Program-made: the position numbers and the translations under genes
The notes under the pieces: generated by a model
Told to the model about the DNA's origin: nothing
What the model saw: only the letters and a program-made list of their open reading frames with translations
Databases searched by the model: none
Origin: a virus
Lineage: Duplodnaviria > Heunggongvirae > Uroviricota > Caudoviricetes
IMG/VR virus record: IMGVR_UViG_2711768074_000004
Reading direction: 5' to 3' (one strand)
Length of the DNA: 4,730 bases
Part shown: in pieces, positions 1-4,730 of the stretch
Position numbering within the stretch: position 1 is the first letter of the stretch
Layout: each line of letters opens with the position of its first letter

Positions 1-32
1 CAGTGATCCAGGTCCGGTGTTTCATACGATAG

Positions 33-54
33 TGTCCATTAAAAATGATGGACA
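33..54. promoter_or_regulatory. perfect 7-bp inverted repeat TGTCCAT-N8-ATGGACA, candidate operator / protein-binding site
   Basis: TGTCCAT at 33-39 and ATGGACA at 48-54, read directly; AT-rich spacer TAAAAATG. Lies at the degraded 5' end of the Rha-like gene. Confidence 0.3.
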
Positions 55-123
55 TTATTTTTGTAGAGCCGGAGGAAACAGACCAGACGGTTTAAATGAG
101 CCGGTTACAAAAAGATTCGCATT

Positions 124-552
124 TTGGATTGTTCTCCAGAGTTTTGTGCCCGCAATTTTGCGGAGACATCAATTTTGGTACGCCAGCCCAACGGCGGTAC
201 TCGCAAACTACCTTGCTATCAAATAACCCGCGATGGCTTTGCGTTTCTTGCTATGGGTTTCACGGGTAAACGTGCTGCCCAGTTCAAAGAGGCATACATC
301 AATGCCTTTAACCAGATGGAGAAACAGCTTTCAAAGCCCTCTGTACCGAGCGACGTTGCACATAACGCCAGCGTTCTCTATTCCTACATTTCATCAATTC
401 ATCAGGTCTGGTTGCAGCAGCTTTATCCCATGCTGGAAAAAGCTGAATCACCGCTGGCTGTAAGTCTGTATGACCGAATTAACGATGCGGCATTTCTTGC
501 CCGTCTTATTCATTCGTCGCTGAACTCTTCAGAGGTAAGGGGGCGCAAATGA
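124..552 (+). CDS. Rha-family phage regulatory protein; only the C-terminal half of the Rha domain is in this frame, 5' end appears degraded or frameshifted
   Basis: Translation contains LDCSPEF...NFAETS...LPCYQITRDGFAFLAMGFTGKRAAQFKEAYINAFNQME, which matches the conserved C-terminal half of the Rha domain as I recall it. An in-frame stop lies at 97-99 immediately upstream, and the ORF-track start at 124 is a TTG with no clear Shine-Dalgarno. N-terminal-like fragments appear in the other two frames upstream (MMDIIFVE..., ...EPVT...). Confidence 0.55.
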   Translation: MDCSPEFCARNFAETSILVRQPNGGTRKLPCYQITRDGFAFLAMGFTGKRAAQFKEAYINAFNQMEKQLSKPSVPSDVAHNASVLYSYISSIHQVWLQQLYPMLEKAESPLAVSLYDRINDAAFLARLIHSSLNSSEVRGRK

Positions 553-773
553 TCCGGAATATTTTCAAACGTTTTACCAATCAGACTTTCCGTTGTCCTC
601 GTCCGGGTCAGTGGTACACCACGCCTGCAGGGCATGTTCTACGTGTTAGCCTGGTTGACCGTGAATGTCAGAAGGTGGTTTGTGAACCGCTGGGCCGTAA
701 TTACCGCGTCAGTATGCCGCTTATAGCCTTTCGCTCCGGAAAAAACATGAAGCATCTCGGAGGTGCTGCATGA
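549..773 (+). CDS. hypothetical small phage protein (74 aa)
   Basis: ATG at 549 overlaps the upstream stop (ATGA). Shine-Dalgarno-like AAGGGGG at 538-543. Its stop in turn overlaps the start of the replication gene. Three Cys residues; no family recognised. Confidence 0.5.
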   Translation: MIRNIFKRFTNQTFRCPRPGQWYTTPAGHVLRVSLVDRECQKVVCEPLGRNYRVSMPLIAFRSGKNMKHLGGAA

Positions 774-1588
774 GTATGGAGCTGATGGTTAAAGCGATGA
801 AAATTCGAGTGGGAAATCCATTGCGAAAACTGGTTCTGATCAAGCTGGCTGATAATGCCAGCGATCAGGGGGAGTGCTGGCCCAGCTACCAGCATATTGC
901 TGACCAGTGCGAGATTAGCAAACGTTCTGTGATGAATCATATTGCGGCCCTTTGTGAGTCCGGGCTGGTAAAAAAAGTCACCCGGAAAGGTGAAAAAGGT
1001 AACTCAAGTAATATCTATCTCCTTCATCTGGATGGTGCAGGAGATTCACTAGGGGGTAGTGCAAATAATTCACTATCTGGTGCAGCAAATTCACCAGGTA
1101 GTGCAGGAGTTGCACCAGGGGGTAGTGCAGGAGATTCACCCAGAACCAGTCACTCTTTTGAACCAGTCAAAGAACCAGTCAATGAACCAATAGCTGTTGG
1201 TGCATCTGCTGATGAGTCTGTGCGAGTTCGTTCAAACCGACCGGAATACTCTCCGGAGTTTGAGCAGGCATGGCTGGTATATCCCAAACGTGCTGGTGGC
1301 AATTCAAAATCTGCAGCCTTCAAAGCCTGGAAAGCCCGTTTGAATGAGGGGGTAAACCCCGAAACCATGCTGGAAGGTGTGAAACGCTACGCGGGCTGGG
1401 TATCTGCGATGGGTAACAGCGGCACACAATTTGTGAAACAGGCTGTCACGTTCTTTGGTCCGGATCGTCATTTCGAAGAATCCTGGGAAGTTCCTGCGGT
1501 ATCTGCAGCCAGACGCGAGGACCCGTACTTCAAAGCCAGTTACGACAATGTGGACTACAGCCAGATCCCGGTAGGATTCAGGGGGTGA
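770..1588 (+). CDS. phage replication initiation protein: N-terminal helix-turn-helix domain, Gly/Ser/Ala-rich linker encoded by iteron-like repeats, C-terminal domain of unrecognised family
   Basis: ATG 770 preceded by GGAGG at 759-763. N-terminus (NPLRKLVLIKLADNASDQGECWPSYQHIADQCEISKRSVMNHIAALCESGLV) resembles the HTH of phage O-like / DnaD-like initiators. The middle of the gene (1031-1193) consists of direct DNA repeats, as lambda ori does inside gene O. Confidence 0.8.
   Translation: MSMELMVKAMKIRVGNPLRKLVLIKLADNASDQGECWPSYQHIADQCEISKRSVMNHIAALCESGLVKKVTRKGEKGNSSNIYLLHLDGAGDSLGGSANNSLSGAANSPGSAGVAPGGSAGDSPRTSHSFEPVKEPVNEPIAVGASADESVRVRSNRPEYSPEFEQAWLVYPKRAGGNSKSAAFKAWKARLNEGVNPETMLEGVKRYAGWVSAMGNSGTQFVKQAVTFFGPDRHFEESWEVPAVSAARREDPYFKASYDNVDYSQIPVGFRG
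1031..1141. repeat. five imperfect ~20-24 bp direct repeats (iteron-like), core GGT(A)GTGCA-N5-T(T/G)CAC with internal dyad symmetry; putative phage ori
   Basis: Units read directly: 1031 GATGGTGCAGGAGATTCACT; 1051 AGGGGGTAGTGCAAATAATTCACT; 1075 ATCTGGTGCAGCAAATTCACC; 1096 AGGTAGTGCAGGAGTTGCACC; 1117 AGGGGGTAGTGCAGGAGATTCACCC. Unit 4 carries a perfect GTGCA/TGCAC inverted pair. Confidence 0.5.
1143..1193. repeat. three copies of GAACCAGTCA plus one degenerate copy (GAACCAATAG), immediately downstream of the iteron block
   Basis: GAACCAGTCA at 1143-1152, 1160-1169 and 1172-1181; GAACCAATAG at 1184-1193. Confidence 0.4.
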
Positions 1589-1590
1589 TC

Positions 1591-2079
1591 ATGAGTCTTT
1601 TGAATGAAGTTCAGAAATTCATTGAAGCCCATCCGGGGTGTACTTCCGGAGACATTGCGGATGCTTTTGCAGGTTACTCACGGCAGCGCGTTCTGCAGTC
1701 TGCAAGCAAGTTACGTCAGAGTGGGCGTGTGGCTCACCGTTGTGAAGGAGATACACGCAGACATTTCCCACGCCTGACTGAGAGAGCGCAGGAGCCGGAA
1801 CCACAACCAGTTCGTGAAACCAGACCTGTGCGCAATTTCTATGTCGGCACTAACGATCCCCGGGTGATTTTGTGCCTGACCCGCCAGGCTGAAGAACTGG
1901 AGTCAAGGGGCTTATACCGTCGTGCTGCAACCGTGTGGATGGCGGCATTCCGTGAAAGCCACTCCCAGCCAGAACGAAACAATTTTCTGGCGCGTCGTGA
2001 GCGGTGCTTACGGAAAAGCAGCAAGCGCGCTGCATCAGGTGAAGAGTGGTATCTATCAGGGAATTACGTGGGGGCTTAA
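1591..2079 (+). CDS. PerC-family transcriptional regulator-like protein with an N-terminal winged-helix-like extension
   Basis: C-terminal segment AEELESRGLYRRAATVWMAAF...ERNNFLARRERCL matches the PerC signature as I recall it (A..LE..GLWRRAA.RW ... RR..C). ATG at 1591 follows GGGGG at 1580-1584; the ORF track's GTG at 1585 is in frame and overlaps the upstream stop. Stop TAA 2077-2079 overlaps the next ATG (TAATG). Confidence 0.6.
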   Translation: MSLLNEVQKFIEAHPGCTSGDIADAFAGYSRQRVLQSASKLRQSGRVAHRCEGDTRRHFPRLTERAQEPEPQPVRETRPVRNFYVGTNDPRVILCLTRQAEELESRGLYRRAATVWMAAFRESHSQPERNNFLARRERCLRKSSKRAASGEEWYLSGNYVGA

Positions 2080-2732
2080 TGAGTAATAAATATTGCCAGG
2101 CGCTGGTGGAACTGCGGAACAAACCAGCCCATGAACTGAAGGAAGTGGGCGATCAGTGGCGCACGCCGGACAACATTTTCTGGGGAATTAACACCCTGTT
2201 TGGCCCGTTTGTTCTGGATCTGTTCACTGATGGTGATAACGCCAAATGTGCCGCTTATTACACTGCGGAAGACAACGCGCTGGCGCATGACTGGTCAGAA
2301 CGTCTTGCGGAGCTTAAAGGTGCTGCCTTTGGTAATCCCCCGTACAGCCGCGCCAGTCAGCATGAGGGGCAATACATCACCGGCATGCGTTACATCATGA
2401 AACATGCCAGTGCTATGCGTGATAAAGGCGGGCGCTATGTTTTCCTGATCAAAGCTGCCACCAGCGAAGTGTGGTGGCCGGAAGATGCAGACCATATTGC
2501 TTTTATTCGCGGGCGTATTGGTTTTGAACTGCCAGCCTGGTTTATCCCGAAGGACGAGAAGCAGGTGCCGACAGGCGCTTTCTTCGCTGGTGCTATTGCT
2601 GTTTTCGACAAGACCTGGAAGGGACCGGCAATCAGCTACATCGGGCGCGATGAACTTGAGGCATGTGGTGAGGCGTTTCTGGCGCAGGTTCGCCAGCAGG
2701 CAGAAAAACTTGTCAGGGAGATGGCGGCATGA
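2079..2732 (+). CDS. DNA N6-adenine methyltransferase, phage Dam family; orphan (no restriction endonuclease partner in the window)
   Basis: Translation MSNKYCQALVELRNKPAHELKEVGDQWRTPDNIFWGINTLFGPFVLDLFTDGDNAKCAAYYT...FGNPPYS carries the NPPY catalytic motif of amino-methyltransferases. ATG 2079 preceded by GGGG at 2071-2074; the ORF-track start at 2046 is an in-frame upstream extension lying inside the previous gene. Confidence 0.85.
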   Translation: MSNKYCQALVELRNKPAHELKEVGDQWRTPDNIFWGINTLFGPFVLDLFTDGDNAKCAAYYTAEDNALAHDWSERLAELKGAAFGNPPYSRASQHEGQYITGMRYIMKHASAMRDKGGRYVFLIKAATSEVWWPEDADHIAFIRGRIGFELPAWFIPKDEKQVPTGAFFAGAIAVFDKTWKGPAISYIGRDELEACGEAFLAQVRQQAEKLVREMAA

Positions 2733-3055
2733 CGACGTTAACTCAATGCCAGCAGCAGGTGCTGGATATGCTGATTTCTTACCAGCAAGAGCGTGGCTTT
2801 CCGCCAACCAATCAGGAGGTGGCAACCATGCTGGGATACCGTTCAGTGAATGCAGCGGTGGAGCATCTTCGCGCACTGGAGAAAAAAGGCGTCATCACGA
2901 TAAAGCGTGGCGTGGCCCGGGGGATCACGCTTCATACCGCAGTGAAGGACGACGACAGCGAAGCGGTCGGTATCATCCGCGCACTGCTTGCCGGTGAGGA
3001 GAGCGCCAGGTTGCGTGCAGCCCACTGGTTACATGAGAGGGGCCTGAAAGTATGA
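2729..3055 (+). CDS. LexA DNA-binding-domain family protein (winged HTH only, no S24 peptidase domain)
   Basis: LTQCQQQVLDMLISYQQERGFPPTNQEVATMLGYRSVNAAVEHLRALEKKGVITIKRGVARGITL aligns along its length with the E. coli LexA N-terminus ([65 protein letters not shown]). At 108 aa it has no room for the cleavage site or Ser/Lys dyad. ATG overlaps the methyltransferase stop (ATGA). Confidence 0.8.
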   Translation: MTTLTQCQQQVLDMLISYQQERGFPPTNQEVATMLGYRSVNAAVEHLRALEKKGVITIKRGVARGITLHTAVKDDDSEAVGIIRALLAGEESARLRAAHWLHERGLKV

Positions 3056-3441
3056 AGTTGATCCTTCCTTTCCCGCCCAGTGTGAACACGTACTGGCGAC
3101 ACCCCAACAAAGGGGCATTTGCTGGTAAGAGCCTGATAAGCGAGGCGGGGCGAAAATTTCAGAGCGCGGCGTGCGCAGCAATAGTTGAGCAGTTACGTCG
3201 TCTGCCGAAACCAACGTCGGCACCTGCTTCAGTGGAGATCGTGTTGTTTCCGCCGGATAACCGGATCCGTGATCTGGACAACTATAACAAGGCGCTGTTT
3301 GACGCCCTGACCCACGCGGGTGTGTGGGAAGACGACAGACAGGTGAAAAGAATGCTGGTGGAGTGGGGACCGGTTATCCCGAAAGGGAAGGTCGAGATCA
3401 CTATCAGTAAGTACGAGAAAACGGCGGGTGCAGCCGCCTGA
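3052..3441 (+). CDS. rusA: RusA-family Holliday junction resolvase (crossover junction endodeoxyribonuclease)
   Basis: PFPPSVNTYWRH...RIRDLDNYNKALFDALTHAGVWEDDRQV...EITISKYE parallels E. coli RusA (LPWPPSNNRYYRH...[28 protein letters not shown]...ELTITE), including the catalytic acidic residues. ATG overlaps the upstream stop. Confidence 0.9.
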   Translation: MKLILPFPPSVNTYWRHPNKGAFAGKSLISEAGRKFQSAACAAIVEQLRRLPKPTSAPASVEIVLFPPDNRIRDLDNYNKALFDALTHAGVWEDDRQVKRMLVEWGPVIPKGKVEITISKYEKTAGAAA

Positions 3442-3460
3442 TCAAGAGGAGAAACGAAGT

Positions 3461-4270
3461 ATGAATAATCTGATGGTCATTGATGGTATTGAAGTTCGTC
3501 GTGATGCTTATGGGCGTTACAGCCTGAACGATCTGCATCGCGCAGCAGTAGCATCTGGTGCAAATGCCAGAACCAAGGAGCCAGGAAAGTTTCTTTCCAG
3601 CCAACAAACTGTTGAGCTTGTTCATGAATTGACCAACACCCAGAATTTGGGTGTTGACCCGGTGAGTGTGATTCATGGGGGAAATGAACGGGGAACGTAT
3701 GTCTGCAAGGAACTGGTGTATGCCTATGCAATGTGGATCAGCCCGTCATTCCATCTGAAGGTGATCCGTACTTTCGACATGGTAACCAGCGCACCGGAAA
3801 AATTATCCGGACAGGCTGCTGACAAGATGCAGGCTGGTGTGATTCTGCTGGACTTTATGCGCCGGGAATTAAACCTGTCTAACTCTTCAGTGCTTGGTGC
3901 CTGTCAGAAACTCCAGGAGGCTGTTGGCTTACCGAATCTGGCACCGCGCTATGCCATTGATGCTCCTGCTGACGCGCCTGATGGCTCAAGCCGCCCCACG
4001 CTGTCACTGAGTGCACTGCTGAAGCAGTATGGTATCCGCCTGACAGCTAATCAGGCATATCACCAGATGGCGAAGCTGGGGATCGTTGAACAACGTGAAC
4101 GATACAGCCGCACTGCGATTAACAACATCAAAAAATTCTGGTCGCTGACAGCGAAAGGCTGCATGTTCGGCAAGAACATCACCAGTCCCGCAAATCCGCG
4201 CGAGACGCAGCCGCATTTCTTCGAATCCCGGTTCCCTGAGCTGTTAAAGCTGCTCGATACCGTTCATTGA
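3461..4270 (+). CDS. KilA-N domain protein with KilAC/Ant-like C-terminal region (antirepressor-like)
   Basis: N-terminus MNNLMVIDGIEVRRDAYGRYSLNDLHRAA...GTYVCKELVYAYAMWISPSFHLKVIRTFD is KilA-N-like; C-terminal part (LSALLKQYGIRLTANQAYHQMAKLGIVEQRE...) resembles the KilAC/Ant C-terminal domain. ATG 3461 preceded by AAGAGGAG at 3445-3452; the ORF-track start at 3428 is an upstream in-frame extension overlapping rusA. Confidence 0.8.
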   Translation: MNNLMVIDGIEVRRDAYGRYSLNDLHRAAVASGANARTKEPGKFLSSQQTVELVHELTNTQNLGVDPVSVIHGGNERGTYVCKELVYAYAMWISPSFHLKVIRTFDMVTSAPEKLSGQAADKMQAGVILLDFMRRELNLSNSSVLGACQKLQEAVGLPNLAPRYAIDAPADAPDGSSRPTLSLSALLKQYGIRLTANQAYHQMAKLGIVEQRERYSRTAINNIKKFWSLTAKGCMFGKNITSPANPRETQPHFFESRFPELLKLLDTVH

Positions 4271-4271
4271 G

Positions 4272-4643
4272 GTGACCGTGAGAGCGCTACTGACCCCTGA
4301 AATTGCCCCGCGTATGGGGATCGTATTGTTCAGGCCAGGTTCAGAGCTGATGCCCCTGTTTATGCAGGGGCGTGTCCTGCTGGAGCCTGAGCCGGAACGT
4401 TATTCATCTTTCGCCAGTGGTGCCGTTCCGGCGGCATCACAACCGCTGGCGGATGATCCTGCCGTTCGGGCCGTGTTCCGCAATGAGGCAGTGATCCGTC
4501 GTGCTGGTGGCGTGGAATGTCTTGAAAGCTGGTTACTTCGTGAAAAAGGCTGCCAGTGGCCTCATTCCGACTGGCACAGCGAGAACATGACAACAATGCG
4601 ACACGCGCCGGGCGCAATCCGTCTGTGCTGGCACTGCGGGTAA
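4272..4643 (+). CDS. hypothetical nin-region protein, 3'-truncated by IS1 insertion; last residue and stop codon are supplied by the IS1 terminus
   Basis: ORF opens directly after the KilA-N gene stop (in-frame GTG 4272/4278 near GAGGTGA, or ATG 4314). It ends ...LCWHCG-TAA, where codon GGG 4638-4640 straddles the IS1 boundary and TAA 4641-4643 lies inside the IS1 inverted repeat. Family not recognised; a DUF968/YdfU-type protein is a possibility from genomic position only. Confidence 0.5.
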   Translation: MTVRALLTPEIAPRMGIVLFRPGSELMPLFMQGRVLLEPEPERYSSFASGAVPAASQPLADDPAVRAVFRNEAVIRRAGGVECLESWLLREKGCQWPHSDWHSENMTTMRHAPGAIRLCWHCG

Positions 4644-4730
4644 TGACTCCAACTTATTGATAGTGTTTTATGTTCAGATAATGCCCGATGACTTTGTCAT
4701 GCAGCTCCACCGATTTTGAGAACGACAGCG
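4639..4730 (-). mobile_element. IS1 insertion sequence, partial (92 bp in window), reverse orientation; the IRR end abuts the phage DNA
   Basis: 4639-4730 GGTAATGACTCCAACTTATTGATAGTGTTTTATGTTCAGATAATGCCCGATGACTTTGTCATGCAGCTCCACCGATTTTGAGAACGACAGCG matches the reverse complement of the right end of IS1 as I recall it, including the ~23-bp terminal inverted repeat at 4639-4661. Confidence 0.9.
4654..4730 (-). CDS. insB: IS1 transposase InsB, C-terminal fragment (partial; continues beyond the window)
   Basis: Minus-strand translation of 4730..4654 gives ...LSFSKSVELHDKVIGHYLNIKHYQ-stop, the InsB C-terminus. Confidence 0.75.
   Translation of the reverse strand, partial: LSFSKSVELHDKVIGHYLNIKHYQ

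Noticed and set aside
17-226. 69-aa ORF at the window start
   Set aside because: Overlaps the Rha-domain frame; likely reflects a frameshifted remnant of the Rha N-terminus rather than a separate gene. Treated under the Rha degradation finding.
233-463. 76-aa alternative-frame ORF inside the Rha-like gene
   Set aside because: Embedded in the frame that carries the conserved Rha motifs; no independent support.
701-940. 79-aa minus-strand ORF (and other minus-strand ORFs at 1150-1368, 1619-2122, 2076-2288, 2843-3223, 3404-3731, 4004-4216, 4360-4617)
   Set aside because: All lie antisense to well-supported, translationally coupled + strand genes and lack recognisable motifs or ribosome-binding sites.
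1031-1141. Possible CRISPR array
   Set aside because: Repeats are imperfect and directly adjacent with no spacers, and lie inside a coding region; consistent with replication iterons, not CRISPR.
2295-2876. 193-aa ORF on the minus strand
   Set aside because: Entirely antisense to the methyltransferase and LexA-DBD genes, which have strong family signatures. No start context, and the product is low-complexity; typical of spurious antisense ORFs in GC-rich coding DNA.
2485-2997. 170-aa + strand ORF in an alternative frame, Arg-rich
   Set aside because: Overlaps the methyltransferase and LexA-DBD genes in a different frame; Arg/Ser-rich composition is typical of out-of-frame translation.
3428-3460. 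Longer N-terminal extensions of the KilA-N gene (from 3428) and of the methyltransferase (from 2046)
   Set aside because: Both extensions overlap the preceding gene and lack a Shine-Dalgarno; internal ATGs at 3461 and 2079 have good ribosome-binding sites and give typical family N-termini.
1-4730. LexA/SOS boxes (CTGT-N8-ACAG) that the LexA-like protein might bind
   Set aside because: Manual scan of CTGT occurrences found none followed by ACAG at the right spacing; the nearest is CTGT-N8-CCAG at about 3901. Any target is probably outside this window.

Overview
This window reads as the early-right (replication plus nin-like) operon of a lambdoid prophage from an enterobacterium. All phage genes are on the + strand and most are joined by ATGA or TAATG stop/start overlaps, indicating one polycistronic unit. 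In order: a Rha-family regulator whose 5' part looks degraded; a small 74-aa hypothetical; a replication initiator with an N-terminal HTH and iteron-like repeats embedded in its linker (putative ori); a PerC-like regulator with an N-terminal extension; a phage Dam-family N6-adenine methyltransferase; a LexA DNA-binding-domain-only protein; a RusA Holliday-junction resolvase; a KilA-N/KilAC antirepressor-like protein; and a final ORF that is cut off by an IS1 insertion. IS1 starts at 4639, runs off the window in reverse orientation, and supplies the stop codon of that ORF. No tRNA, rRNA or CRISPR array was seen. All homology calls are from reading the translations and recalling family motifs; no database search was run.
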